Of a stretch of 64,000 nucleotides of DNA, positions 34,177 to 43,801 are shown piece by piece. The DNA lies in contig DHMS01000033.1 of the NCBI GenBank assembly GCA_002405915.1, positions 114,895 through 178,894 on the forward strand. The letters run 5' to 3'. Source of the DNA: Christensenella sp. UBA4636. Its GTDB lineage: Bacteria > Bacillota > Clostridia > Christensenellales > Borkfalkiaceae. The stretch's first letter is position 1, and each line of letters begins with the position of its first letter. The notes under the pieces were generated by a model. That model made no database searches. It saw only the letters and a list, made by a program, of their open reading frames with translations, and was not told the origin of the DNA. The translations under genes were made by a program, and so were the position numbers.

Positions 34177-35121
34177 CTATTCTACACACATAATCTCACG
34201 TAATTTTGAGATAGCGGCGAAAACGGTTTTCTTGCTTAATTTGTCTTGCTCGTTGAACACATAAATCCTTTGCATTTCATCGAACACGCTTTCAAAATCT
34301 TTGTTACCGTCAAGTCCTTTGAAGTAATCAAAGTTTGCTATTTGCATATCTGCGGCAACGCCGCCTTTGCGGTTCAACTCTTCTTTACGTTTATACCCTA
34401 TTACTTCAAGAACGCGTTTTTCGTCATTCAGGAACGCTTTGATCTGCTCGTTATCGAGAAGCACGGTTAAATCGTAAACGTGCTTTGCAACGTCGCTGTA
34501 ATCTTTCCGTTCAAAGTAAAACTGCGCAGCAAACACCTTGTCGATAAAAATGCGTTCAAGTGAAATCGTTTCGATTTCAAAGGGTTCTACGCTATACACT
34601 TCACGCATTATCTTTTGTTGTTCTTCGCTCGCAAGTTCATAAATGTGCGGCGCAATCGTTATTTTGTCGGTCGGCTCGCTTACTGTAAAGCTCGTGGCTT
34701 CTATTTTCACTCTGCCGAAGCGTTGTAACGCGTCCTCTTTATCGAGTGCGTACATCGACTCGTAAAGATATTCGCAAGTAATGCTTCCGCGATGATTTTC
34801 AAGCGTTTCCCATTTTTCAAGGCAACTGAACTTTAGTGTGGCATTTTCAAGTCGTTTTTTCGCCTGACTTGCCGTAGGACAATCTTCGATATACACCGTG
34901 AGGTCTATATCTTCCGAAAATCGGCGAATGGATTTCAACGCCTTGTAAAGCGCAGTACCGCCTTTGAAATAAGCATACGCCTGATGTTCCTTTTCCGACA
35001 ACTCTTTCAGTAAAAGCGTAACGTAATAATCTTTTTCCAAAACGTCGCGGCGAACGGAACATTTTTTCGATATTTCGTCTACTACAAGTTGAAACGCCGC
35101 TCTATCTAAATGTAAATTCAT
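34177..35121 (-). CDS. AbiEii/AbiGii-family nucleotidyltransferase toxin (type IV TA / abortive infection)
   Basis: 314 aa with the hallmark YFKGGTALYKAL ... RFSEDIDLTV. Confidence 0.8.
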   Translation of the reverse strand: MNLHLDRAAFQLVVDEISKKCSVRRDVLEKDYYVTLLLKELSEKEHQAYAYFKGGTALYKALKSIRRFSEDIDLTVYIEDCPTASQAKKRLENATLKFSCLEKWETLENHRGSITCEYLYESMYALDKEDALQRFGRVKIEATSFTVSEPTDKITIAPHIYELASEEQQKIMREVYSVEPFEIETISLERIFIDKVFAAQFYFERKDYSDVAKHVYDLTVLLDNEQIKAFLNDEKRVLEVIGYKRKEELNRKGGVAADMQIANFDYFKGLDGNKDFESVFDEMQRIYVFNEQDKLSKKTVFAAISKLREIMCVE

Positions 35122-35122
35122 T

Positions 35123-35761
35123 TCAGTTCACCCCTCTCGCAAGTTCCGAAAGTCCTACATACACCTTATTGTTCTTGTAATACTTCGCATAGCCTATAAG
35201 CCGTTCAAAACTCAAACCGAAAATGCCGATTTGCTTTCTTAAAATCTCTTGGTAGTTATCAGCTTCGATTTTTACTTTCATCTTATTGTCGAGCATATCG
35301 AGTAACTGCAAGTACCTAAAATTATCCCGATTGACCTGAATGACGGGTTTAATAAGATATATGCCGTCTTTCTTATCTTCCGTCGTGTATCTCGTTCGCG
35401 TGGTTACTATATAAGTCATATTCGGCATTTGCGTCGTAAGCCCTATCTTGTTCATATAGGACGGTCCGGACTCGTATCCGATTACTTCGTCGCCGTTTAC
35501 AAGATACTTTCTTTTGATAAGCTCGGTTGTGTCAATTCCGGCAACGCCGAACGGCGTATGCACCGTCTTATAGTAAATACCTTTTTGATAACGCACAAAG
35601 TCGGGATTACGCTTTTCATAACGTTGCAAAGTCATATTAAACGTTGCTTTATCCGTGTCGGGCAACTTCGATTTGACATATTCGTAAATCTCGTTCGTAT
35701 ACACCGGAACTCTCAATTCTGCTTTTTTTAGAAACTCGTCAATACACTGTGTAACAGTCAT
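35123..35761 (-). CDS. AbiEi-like antitoxin / transcriptional regulator partner
   Basis: 212 aa whose stop lies 1 nt before the toxin ATG. The N-terminus is winged-helix-like (VPVYTNEIYEYVKSKLPDTDKATFNMTLQRYEKRNPDFVRYQKGIYY). The call rests mainly on the gene pairing. Confidence 0.6.
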   Translation of the reverse strand: MTVTQCIDEFLKKAELRVPVYTNEIYEYVKSKLPDTDKATFNMTLQRYEKRNPDFVRYQKGIYYKTVHTPFGVAGIDTTELIKRKYLVNGDEVIGYESGPSYMNKIGLTTQMPNMTYIVTTRTRYTTEDKKDGIYLIKPVIQVNRDNFRYLQLLDMLDNKMKVKIEADNYQEILRKQIGIFGLSFERLIGYAKYYKNNKVYVGLSELARGVN

Positions 35762-35937
35762 TATCTCGCACCTCCGTACGATATTTTATATGTGCAACCT
35801 TCCCTTTGTTTACACGATAATAATATCACATATTAAGTTTGTTGTCAAGCCGGTTTCTCACTCTAACGGTGAATTCTTTTGTAAAAACTTGTCTTTTTAT
35901 GAAACATCATTATTATAGCTTACTTTGCCGCGCTCAA

Positions 35938-36002
35938 CACAAAAAAGAACTATCGAAAGCCGAAAAACAGCTTAGGATAGCCCTTTATTGCTATAATTTA
36001 TA
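35938..36002. repeat. Right copy of the ~65-bp direct repeat (terminator of the aminopeptidase gene)
   Basis: See the left copy at 34067-34134. I estimate roughly three quarters of positions are identical by eye. Confidence 0.75.
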
Positions 36003-36011
36003 ATTCAACAA

Positions 36012-37376
36012 TTACTTTATGAACGCCTTAAACGCAAGATAGTTCATATAAAGGTCGGCTTTCGAGATGACTTCGTAAGGCGAGTGCATAGAGATGACCG
36101 GAACGCCGATGTCTATCGTATCGATGTTCATGTTCGCAACGAATTTGGCTATCGTGCCGCCGCCGCCCGCGTCGACTTTGCCGAGTTCGCCCGTCTGGTA
36201 AACAACGCCGTTGTCCTCGAAAAGTTTACGCAAAAACGCAACGTATTCGGCGGAAGCGTCGTTAGAACCGCTCTTGCCGCGCGCGCCCGTGTACTTTGTG
36301 ATACCCGCGCCGCATGAAAGGAAGGTTGCGTTGAGTTTTTCGCTGACTTCCGGGAAGTTGGGGTCGAAGCTCGCGTTTACGTCCGCGGAAAGGCACTTGG
36401 AAGCAACTCTCACCGCCGCAGAAGTTACGCCGAAAGAGTCGGCAATAACGTCGATTATGTCGCGGAGCAAGCAGCACTGCATACCCGTGGAGCCTTCGGA
36501 ACCGATTTCTTCCTTATCGACTAAAAGAGTAATGGAAGTCTGCTTGTCGCTTTCCGTGTCGAACGCCGCCGTGAACGCCGCATAGGAGCAAACCCTGTCG
36601 TCGTGACCGTAACCGCCGACGAGCGCGCGGTCGAAGCCTATATCCTTGGGCTTGAAGCTCGGAGTGAGAGAAAGTTCCGCGCTCAAAAAATCCTCTTCTT
36701 CGATGCCGTATTTTTCTTCCAAAATCTTTAAAAGATTCTTCTTAACCGTCTTGTCGTCGTCCTTTTCGCCGTAAGGAATGTTGCCGAGCCAAATATTGAG
36801 GTTTTCGCCCTCTATCGCTTCTCCGAGCGTTTTCGCGTTCTGCTTAGCGGCAAGGTGCGGCAAAAGGTCGCTGACGTAAAACACGGGGTCGTCGTCCGCT
36901 TCGCCTATTTTTACGGTAATTACTTCGCCGTTCTTTTTAGCGACTACGCCGTGAAGAGCGAGCGGAATGGTAGCCCACTGATACTTGCGGATTCCGCCGT
37001 AATAATGGGTCTTGGCAAAAGCAACGCCGTTATCTTCGTACAAAGGCACTTGCTTCAAGTCAAGGCGCGGGTTGTCGATATGCGCGCCGACTATTCTTAT
37101 GCCGTCCTTTTTAATATCGCCGGTGCCGATTTTGATAATGAAAACGGCTTTGCCTCTGTTGTTATAATAGAGTTTGTCGCCCTTTTTTACTTTTTCGGAA
37201 AAATCGAATTGCTTGTAGCCATTCTTTTTTGCTTCTTCGACTATGTAAGCGCAAGCTTCGCGCTCGGTCTTGCATTCGCCGATAAACGCTTTGTAGCCCT
37301 CCGCGTAATCGAAAATGGCTTTCATCGTCTTTTCGTCCGCAGTTTCGTAAACGTTGGTTCTTTTATATTCTTTCAT
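36012..37376 (-). CDS. M18-family aminopeptidase
   Basis: 454 aa with VGAHIDNPRLDLKQ, GGYGHDDRVCSY and ISMHSPYE motifs. Confidence 0.8.
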   Translation of the reverse strand: MKEYKRTNVYETADEKTMKAIFDYAEGYKAFIGECKTEREACAYIVEEAKKNGYKQFDFSEKVKKGDKLYYNNRGKAVFIIKIGTGDIKKDGIRIVGAHIDNPRLDLKQVPLYEDNGVAFAKTHYYGGIRKYQWATIPLALHGVVAKKNGEVITVKIGEADDDPVFYVSDLLPHLAAKQNAKTLGEAIEGENLNIWLGNIPYGEKDDDKTVKKNLLKILEEKYGIEEEDFLSAELSLTPSFKPKDIGFDRALVGGYGHDDRVCSYAAFTAAFDTESDKQTSITLLVDKEEIGSEGSTGMQCCLLRDIIDVIADSFGVTSAAVRVASKCLSADVNASFDPNFPEVSEKLNATFLSCGAGITKYTGARGKSGSNDASAEYVAFLRKLFEDNGVVYQTGELGKVDAGGGGTIAKFVANMNIDTIDIGVPVISMHSPYEVISKADLYMNYLAFKAFIK

Positions 37377-37441
37377 GTCAGCCTCCTAAATTTCTTTTGA
37401 ATTATGATTTTTGCGAATTTTGTTTTCGCCTTTTCGCGTTG

Positions 37442-38311
37442 TTAAAAGTCGTAACGGTCCATATTGAATCCGCGTGCTTTTTCGTCCTGCAACCTTTTGT
37501 ATCTTCGTTTGTCGCCGTAATTATCGAATACAATCGAATCGACCGCGTGCGCCGGCAAAATTTTTCTCAAAAACGCGAAGAATTTATACTTTCCGCCAAC
37601 GACTTTAACGAGCGGCGGGTTTTCGTCCGTTATGACTTTATAAATCGCCTCTGCGCACTTTTCCGCCGAATAGCCGTTCTGCTCGTCTTTCGCAACCTTT
37701 TTAGCGTACTCTTTAACATAATCGCCGTAAATAAATTTTTTACCTTCGATTATTTTCCTCGCCGCGGTAAAGCCCGTGTTGGCGTCGCCGAAAACCATTG
37801 CGGTGACAAAGGTATCGAACGGTTTAAGTTCCATCGCAAGAGCCTTGCTGAACGCGAGAACGTACGCTTTCGTAGCCGAATAGTGAGCTTGGAACGGTAG
37901 CGGCGTGTAAGCTGCAAAGCTCGAAACGTTTATTATTCTGCCCTTTTTCGACCTGACGTACGGCACGAACATTCTAAGCGTTTTTTCGAACGCGGTAATG
38001 TTCAAGTCAAGCTGTTTTCTTACGTCCTCGTCCGACATACACTCCGCCGCGCCGCAAATGCCCATACCGGCGTTGTTTATGAGCAAATCAACTCTGCCGA
38101 CGTTCGCAAGCCACATTCTCGCGGTGACTTCGTAATCAAACAAATTCGTCATATCGCATTCGACAAACTGTATATTCTCAATCTCTTCTTTGGGCTTAGT
38201 TCTTGCAAAGCAATACGTTCTATAACCGTTCGCGGCAAGAATTTTAGCCGTAGCAAGTCCTATTCCTCTCGAACCGCCCGTGACTACGGCAACCTTTTTA
38301 TCTTTATCCAT
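37442..38311 (-). CDS. Short-chain dehydrogenase/reductase (SDR) family oxidoreductase
   Basis: 289 aa with VAVVTGGSRGIGLA (TGxxxGxG), NNAG and YSATKAY (YxxxK) motifs. Confidence 0.85.
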   Translation of the reverse strand: MDKDKKVAVVTGGSRGIGLATAKILAANGYRTYCFARTKPKEEIENIQFVECDMTNLFDYEVTARMWLANVGRVDLLINNAGMGICGAAECMSDEDVRKQLDLNITAFEKTLRMFVPYVRSKKGRIINVSSFAAYTPLPFQAHYSATKAYVLAFSKALAMELKPFDTFVTAMVFGDANTGFTAARKIIEGKKFIYGDYVKEYAKKVAKDEQNGYSAEKCAEAIYKVITDENPPLVKVVGGKYKFFAFLRKILPAHAVDSIVFDNYGDKRRYKRLQDEKARGFNMDRYDF

Positions 38312-38529
38312 AAGTCAGTCTCTCTTTAAAGTGTGTTTTTTTCTTCGTTTTTCCTTAAATTTATAGGATTACAACCTATTATATATGTCATTTTCCCTCT
38401 TGTCAAGTTTTTTCTTCGCGCCTAACAAAAATTAAATATGAATTATTATTCACATATCGCGTTTTCCCTCTAACTTTTCATCATATGCGCACGTATTTAT
38501 TTGTGATTTTATATAAGAATTATAAGGAA

Positions 38530-38564
38530 AAGAGAAAAGCCGACGGGTTTTCAGTCCCGTCGGC
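38530..38564 (-). terminator. Intrinsic terminator ending the phage-like operon
   Basis: The minus strand reads GCCGACGGG-ACTGAAAA-CCCGTCGGC followed by TTTTCTCTTTTCC. Confidence 0.7.
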
Positions 38565-38573
38565 GGGGAAAAA

Positions 38574-39434
38574 TTAGTCGGCTCTGTTTTTGAGAACCGT
38601 GAAAACGTAATTGTAATAATCGCCGAGATAGTCCTCGAAAGCGGGGTCGGACAAAAAGTCGCGCATAGCTTCGGCTTTGTCGTCAAACGACATGTAGTAG
38701 TCGATAACCGCGCCCACCTTTTTGATGTCGTAGCTCTTTTTTATCTTTGCGAGTTCCTCGTCGGTCGGGGCTTTCGCGGCGGAAGAATTGTATTTTACTT
38801 CCTTTTCTTCAAGCGAATTGTTGTACTTTTTAACGGCTTCCGCTTTGTCGTCGCTCTCCTTTTTGAGCCTTTCGAATTCCGTTTCGCGCGCGGTCGCTTC
38901 CTCGTCTTGGCTCGCTTTGAGCGTTTCTTCAAGCTCTAAGGTAAGTTCCTCTATTTGCTTGCGAATATCATCGGCTTTCGATTTGGAATTTTGGTCGATA
39001 ATCGACTTATCGGCTAACTTTTCCTTTTCAAGCTCGGCTATTCTGTTAGTCGCGATACTTGAGCGTTGAATACCTCTTTTAACCGCGTCCGCACTCACTC
39101 TGTCGGCGGCGGAAGCGTAGCCCGCGTCGATTGCGGCGTTGTCTTTTTCACGCTGCTTTTCAAGCTCCGCAATGGTTTCCGACAAAGAAAGTTTTTTCTT
39201 TTCCGCCGTATCCGTCGCGTTCTTTCTCGCCGTGCCGTACTTTTTTTCAATCGAAGCTTTCGCCTTTTCGTAAAGCTCGTCGTCGCTCGGACGGTCGTAT
39301 GTTAGCCTTTCGAGTTGAAGCGGCTTTTCCACCTTGCCTTTCGTTTCCGACTGATAAGCGTTTTCAAGTTCATTGAGCTTGTCGAATATCTCTTTTCTCT
39401 TCTTTTCCGATTCCTCGGTTGAATATTTTGCCAT
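38574..39434 (-). CDS. Coiled-coil hypothetical protein, last gene of the phage-like module
   Basis: The ORF track extends to 39671, but that R/K-rich N-terminus overlaps the upstream gene. ATG 39434 (MAKYSTEESEKKRKEIFDKL) has the perfect SD AAGGAGA upstream. Confidence 0.6.
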   Translation of the reverse strand: MAKYSTEESEKKRKEIFDKLNELENAYQSETKGKVEKPLQLERLTYDRPSDDELYEKAKASIEKKYGTARKNATDTAEKKKLSLSETIAELEKQREKDNAAIDAGYASAADRVSADAVKRGIQRSSIATNRIAELEKEKLADKSIIDQNSKSKADDIRKQIEELTLELEETLKASQDEEATARETEFERLKKESDDKAEAVKKYNNSLEEKEVKYNSSAAKAPTDEELAKIKKSYDIKKVGAVIDYYMSFDDKAEAMRDFLSDPAFEDYLGDYYNYVFTVLKNRAD

Positions 39435-39445
39435 AAAAATTCTCC

Positions 39446-40513
39446 TTAATTTGATTTTTTGTAAGTTAAATTCTGCCCTCTTCTTATAACATACCCTGCG
39501 CCGAGCGGCAGATACTCGTCGCCGTACGCCTTTGCTTCTCTTGCTCCCGTATCTTCGTTTATTTTGTAAATAACTCCGTCCGCCGAGCAGTAACTTTCGT
39601 TTTCTCCCGCGTGCAGATTTTCGCCTTTCCCGAGCCTTATTTTTTTGCCCGAAGCGTTTTTCGTGTACCACACGCCGTCGTATTCCTTGTAGTAAAGTCT
39701 GTTAAAGCCCGCCGTCGCCGAAATTTCGCTTGCGCTAATCTCTGCCGAAGTAGTATCGGCGGAAACGCTCAAATCGTCGTTAACGACATACTTTTTGGCT
39801 TTGCCCTTATAAAGAACATATAAATCGGGGGCGAAAACGATGAAGTCCGCGTTGACGGAAGTTGTCTTTCCGCTCGTCACGGTAGAAGTCGAAATTGTGA
39901 ATTTTCGTACGTCCACGCCGCCGTCCTTTAAAAGAGCGATTAAAATCTCGTCCGAAGAAGCAACCTTTATTGCCCCGCCCTTTACATCTTGAAACTCGAC
40001 TTTTTTAGAAAGTTCGTCGCCCGCGCAAAGGTAAAGCGAAGCGATTTTCTTTGTTCCGTCAAACGAAAACACGTAATCGTTACCGGACAAAGTATCGCCC
40101 GAAACAAAGCTTTTAAAGTCATTGCGTTTTACTATTCCGCTAACGGTAGCAAAAACTTCCGACACATTCGCAGGAGAATGAAACACAGCCTTAATTCGTC
40201 CTTCTTTTTTAGTCGCAACTCCGCCTAAGCTCAACCGATTTACGCCGATAATCGACTTATAGGTCAACATGTCAAGGTCGTCGTAAAAAATTTCTACGTC
40301 CGAAACCGCGGACGAAACAACGCTTTTATAGTTTATTTCAAAGCTTACTCTGTTGCCGATTTCCGTTAAAAAATCAAACGAATAAACGCCCGTAGCCGTC
40401 GACGACGAATCGCTTTCGGCGTACTTTATCGAAGTCACGTTTTTTACTCTCGACCACTCCTCTCTATAAAGCCTTTCAAGCATGGCAACTCGTTTTTCAA
40501 GACTTTCGTTCAT
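39446..40513 (-). CDS. Hypothetical phage-like structural protein (355 aa, beta-rich)
   Basis: ORF 39446..40531. The likely start is ATG 40513 (MNESLEKRVAMLERLYREEW). It has an N-terminal helix followed by beta-strand-like sequence, with no motif I recognise. Confidence 0.5.
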   Translation of the reverse strand: MNESLEKRVAMLERLYREEWSRVKNVTSIKYAESDSSSTATGVYSFDFLTEIGNRVSFEINYKSVVSSAVSDVEIFYDDLDMLTYKSIIGVNRLSLGGVATKKEGRIKAVFHSPANVSEVFATVSGIVKRNDFKSFVSGDTLSGNDYVFSFDGTKKIASLYLCAGDELSKKVEFQDVKGGAIKVASSDEILIALLKDGGVDVRKFTISTSTVTSGKTTSVNADFIVFAPDLYVLYKGKAKKYVVNDDLSVSADTTSAEISASEISATAGFNRLYYKEYDGVWYTKNASGKKIRLGKGENLHAGENESYCSADGVIYKINEDTGAREAKAYGDEYLPLGAGYVIRRGQNLTYKKSN

Positions 40514-40517
40514 TCTC

Positions 40518-41960
40518 TCACGCTCCCGCAAAATAGTTTAGCTTAACGCTCATTTTGCTAAGGTACGCGCCCGCGCCGCTCGCCGAATAGGATATTTTAA
40601 AGTTTTCGCCTTTAAGCCCTACCGCGATATTCTTTAATCCGTCGCCGCTAAGTTTAAACTCTCGTTCGCCCTCTTCGCTTATTACTTTAAGCGTTCCGCT
40701 TCCGCCCGAATAAAAAGTTATCCGTTCAAGCGTTTTCCTCTCCGGAACGTCGAAATCGGAATATTTACTTTCCCAGCTCATATCAAGGGGTGTGGCGAGA
40801 AAGTACGGGTTATCCGAAAGTTCGCCGAGCCGTCTTGCGGAAAAAGCGAAAAGAAGCTTGTAATGCCCCGCGGCGTACACGGAAATAAAGTGCGAAAAAG
40901 TAAAGTCTTTTATCAAAAACCAACTGTTTTCGCTGTCGTCGTAGCAAAGAATAACGTTTGTAAGCACGCCGTCCACGCGTATTTTCATCGAACAAAAATA
41001 TTTTCCGTCGTAAAAACCCGCGTAAGCGGACGAGTTGTCCACACCTTTAAGGTACCTGTCAAGCCCGCGCATAATACGCCCGGATGACGAGCCGTCAAAA
41101 TAATAAAAACCGTTGTCTGTGAGATAAAACACGACTTTGCCGCAGTCCGCGACCGTTTCGCCGTAAATTTTGGCTCTGTCCGCCTCTATTCCTGCGGCGT
41201 AAAAGTCCTCTTGGTCACCGTAAGCCGTCAAGCGCGTTATCCCGTAGTTGCGGAAAATATAAACGTAATCCTTAAAACTTATGGCTTTCAAAAGCTTGCC
41301 TCGCCCGTCTAAAAAATCGATAAACCCCGCTTCTTTGAGCGAAACGTACCAGTTAGTCGGGTCGAAGCTTTCCGAAAACCAAAGCCGAGTGTCCTCTCTG
41401 CCGCTCGTAACGAAAAGCCTTTCGCCGTGAACGCAAACGGAAGTCATTTCGGGCGCGTCGTACAAAGTCGCGTTCGTTCCGTCGTAAACGGTTATGCCGC
41501 CGCTCGTCGCAAACAGAAACACGTCCTCGCCGTTCAGTCGATAATTAACCCCGAGCGGAGCCGCCGCCGTGCTAAACGTGAGCGCATTCACCTTCGTAAA
41601 ACCCGTTTCCGTGCCTACTTCGTATTCGTAAACGTACCCGTCGTCGGCTAAAACAAGCACTCTGTCGCGCCTAACGCCGTCGTCGAAATCGAACTTTTCA
41701 TAGTAGTAAATTTTCTTCCCGACAACGCCGGTAGGAAGCGCGGGCGAATAAGTTCCGTCCTCGATAGGGAAGCTTGCGTATTGCATGCCGTACCCCGTTT
41801 TGAGCGCGCCGTCCGATAGCCGCAAGTTATACGAGCTTGCCGCCGCGTTAAAAGGAGAAAGCCTGTCGTCCTTTCTTCCGTCTATTCCGTAAGAAAAATC
41901 GAAAAGCTTTATCGTTTTTTCACGCCGCGCCGCTATAGAATAACGCCTACTCATAACCAA
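40518..41960 (-). CDS. Hypothetical phage-like structural protein (480 aa, repeat/propeller-like)
   Basis: The ORF overlaps the upstream gene by 10 nt. It has repeated aromatic-rich beta-like segments (YVYEYEV, VFLFATSGGITVYDG, RLFVTSGREDTRLWFS, VVFYLTDNGFYYFDG). Confidence 0.5.
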   Translation of the reverse strand: MVMSRRYSIAARREKTIKLFDFSYGIDGRKDDRLSPFNAAASSYNLRLSDGALKTGYGMQYASFPIEDGTYSPALPTGVVGKKIYYYEKFDFDDGVRRDRVLVLADDGYVYEYEVGTETGFTKVNALTFSTAAAPLGVNYRLNGEDVFLFATSGGITVYDGTNATLYDAPEMTSVCVHGERLFVTSGREDTRLWFSESFDPTNWYVSLKEAGFIDFLDGRGKLLKAISFKDYVYIFRNYGITRLTAYGDQEDFYAAGIEADRAKIYGETVADCGKVVFYLTDNGFYYFDGSSSGRIMRGLDRYLKGVDNSSAYAGFYDGKYFCSMKIRVDGVLTNVILCYDDSENSWFLIKDFTFSHFISVYAAGHYKLLFAFSARRLGELSDNPYFLATPLDMSWESKYSDFDVPERKTLERITFYSGGSGTLKVISEEGEREFKLSGDGLKNIAVGLKGENFKISYSASGAGAYLSKMSVKLNYFAGA

Positions 41961-42502
41961 CTCCTCTTGCGTATCTTCGGCGTTTTCCTCGAAGTTAAAT
42001 ATGAGGAAACGCCCTCTTCGAACCTATCCCTCAAAGTCACCGCTTCGCCGAAAAGTCCCGCTATAAGCAGATATTCGGCAGCTATTCCGTAAGCGACGGC
42101 GCGTTCGCCGAGCAAATCGCAAACTTTTGCGTCGTCTGTTAAAGCCGTGATTTTCGGAAAAAGATATGAATACGTGACCGTTATTTTTTCGGCTTTTACT
42201 TCTATTCTGTCGGAGTAAGTTTTAAACGGTATTTCTGCGCCCTCGTACTCGACTTTTTTAATCTTAAGAGGAGAAGATGAAAAAGAAGTATAGTAATATT
42301 TTCCGTTCCCGCTCGTAAGATTTTCTTGTTTTTCGGGCGTAACGGTCCATTCGGCAAGCTCTTCCGTAATAAGGTTAAGCGCGGCGATAAGCTTTTTCAC
42401 GTCCGCGTCGTCCGCCGTAACTTCGTCCGCGGAGAGTTTTTTGTTTAAGTCCTCCTTGCCCGCCAAAAGGCTCGCCGTAAGTAAAAGTTCTTTTACTTTC
42501 AT
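41951..42502 (-). CDS. Putative head-tail connector/adaptor-like protein
   Basis: 183 aa immediately after the capsid gene. Its size and position are typical of gp6-like head completion proteins. I recognise no motif. Confidence 0.4.
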   Translation of the reverse strand: MKVKELLLTASLLAGKEDLNKKLSADEVTADDADVKKLIAALNLITEELAEWTVTPEKQENLTSGNGKYYYTSFSSSPLKIKKVEYEGAEIPFKTYSDRIEVKAEKITVTYSYLFPKITALTDDAKVCDLLGERAVAYGIAAEYLLIAGLFGEAVTLRDRFEEGVSSYLTSRKTPKIRKRSWL

Positions 42503-42598
42503 TTTGTCTTTACCTCCTTGTTTTTCGGCGTTTTAGCCTCGCTCCCCACCGCATAAAAACGACAAGAAGCGGGGCTATAAGCCGATTATCGACTATTT

Positions 42599-43771
42599 TT
42601 ACGCTTCGGTGATACCCGTGAGCATACCCTGTCCGCACGGCTTCGCGCAGATAAGGTCGGCGTATTTTACGAGGGTAGCGGTGTAAGTCGGCGTACCGGG
42701 AATCTGCTTTAAGATTTTGCCGTCGTCGCCTTCGAGCCACTGCCAGTCGCAGAGCTGATGGAGAGTAAAGTCGTCGGTGTTAAGTAAGTACATGGTGCCT
42801 TCGGGGCAGAATCTGTCGGAAACGATGGGGATACCGTTATAGGATATCGCCTTAAATCCGCCCGCAAGGTTCATAACGTCGGTGTTTCTCTTGTACGTCG
42901 CAAGGTGGTTCATAAACGCCCTCTTTACGCCCGAGGAGCAGACGATGAAGTTGACTCTGCTGCCCGCGTCCTCTTCGAGCGTATCGATAGCCGTCTGAAT
43001 AACCGTTTCGCTTATCGCGCCGACGGAAGATTTCATGTACGGAACGAGCCACTTGTTGAGCGTTCTCGACAAGCCGTAAATAGAGCCGCTCGATTTAAAA
43101 ATCGCGCCCAAGCCCGTGATTTCCTGACCGTAGGAACCCTGAACGGTGATAAGGCAATCTGCTTTTACGGTCGAAGTATTGAAGTCGTCGCCGTCGAATT
43201 CTACGGTCTTATTAGTCTTGTCTACGGCAAGAACTCTTCTTGCGGAAGAAGCCGCTAAAAGCGCGCCGGAAGAAGACCTGATATCGACCGTCATACCCTC
43301 AACGATGTTCTTCACGCTATCGCAAGTTATGGTCGTTCCGTCAACGGAAACGACTTTCGCAAGCACGCCCGTACCGTCGCCGTAAAGCATTCTGCCGAAG
43401 TTGTAAGTCGCCGACTTAATAAGCCCTTCCATTTCGGCGTTCAAAAGGTTGACGAACGCGCCCGCGTTGTTTTCGCTTGCTCTTATCGCCTTATCGGAAA
43501 TTTCGATAGTACCGTAAAGGTTCTTCAAAGAGAGAGTGAAAGTGTCGTAATTGTTTCCGCCGGCTGCGGGCAACGCGCCCGTTTCGGTACCGGCACCTAC
43601 GCCGCCGTTAACGCCGTGCTGAGCAAGTCTTTTAATTTCCTTGCCCCAAACGTCGGAAGTCGACTGTTTGATTTTAGCAAGCAACGGGTTGACCGCAGTG
43701 TTCATTTGTTCGGTGATTACACCGAGGTAAAGTGTTTTTAATGCGTTAGACGCACTGGATAAAGTTATCAT
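42599..43771 (-). CDS. Phage major capsid protein (HK97-fold type likely)
   Basis: 390 aa directly after the scaffold gene. An N-terminal helix (NALKTLYLGVITEQMNTAVNPLLAKI) is followed by a Gly-rich loop, in the canonical gene order. A GC hairpin follows the stop (42520-42570). Confidence 0.75.
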   Translation of the reverse strand: MITLSSASNALKTLYLGVITEQMNTAVNPLLAKIKQSTSDVWGKEIKRLAQHGVNGGVGAGTETGALPAAGGNNYDTFTLSLKNLYGTIEISDKAIRASENNAGAFVNLLNAEMEGLIKSATYNFGRMLYGDGTGVLAKVVSVDGTTITCDSVKNIVEGMTVDIRSSSGALLAASSARRVLAVDKTNKTVEFDGDDFNTSTVKADCLITVQGSYGQEITGLGAIFKSSGSIYGLSRTLNKWLVPYMKSSVGAISETVIQTAIDTLEEDAGSRVNFIVCSSGVKRAFMNHLATYKRNTDVMNLAGGFKAISYNGIPIVSDRFCPEGTMYLLNTDDFTLHQLCDWQWLEGDDGKILKQIPGTPTYTATLVKYADLICAKPCGQGMLTGITEA

Positions 43772-43801
43772 AATTTCTTTTACTCCTTAATTTTTATTTT
43801 T

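Noticed and set aside
38312-38573. An attachment site, integrase or tRNA marking a prophage boundary (I also looked at 49790-50233)
   Set aside because: I could find no tRNA-like sequence, no recombinase ORF, and no direct repeat shared between the two flanks. The module is therefore described as non-integrative or domesticated, pending whole-genome comparison.
39435-39671. The R/K-rich N-terminal 79 aa of ORF 38574..39671
   Set aside because: This stretch overlaps the 3' end of the upstream 355-aa gene in another frame. The internal ATG at 39434 has a perfect SD (AAGGAGA) just after that gene's stop.
42510-42740. A 76-aa Arg-rich ORF at the capsid gene's 3' end
   Set aside because: It is out of frame, overlaps the well-supported capsid gene, and has no SD.
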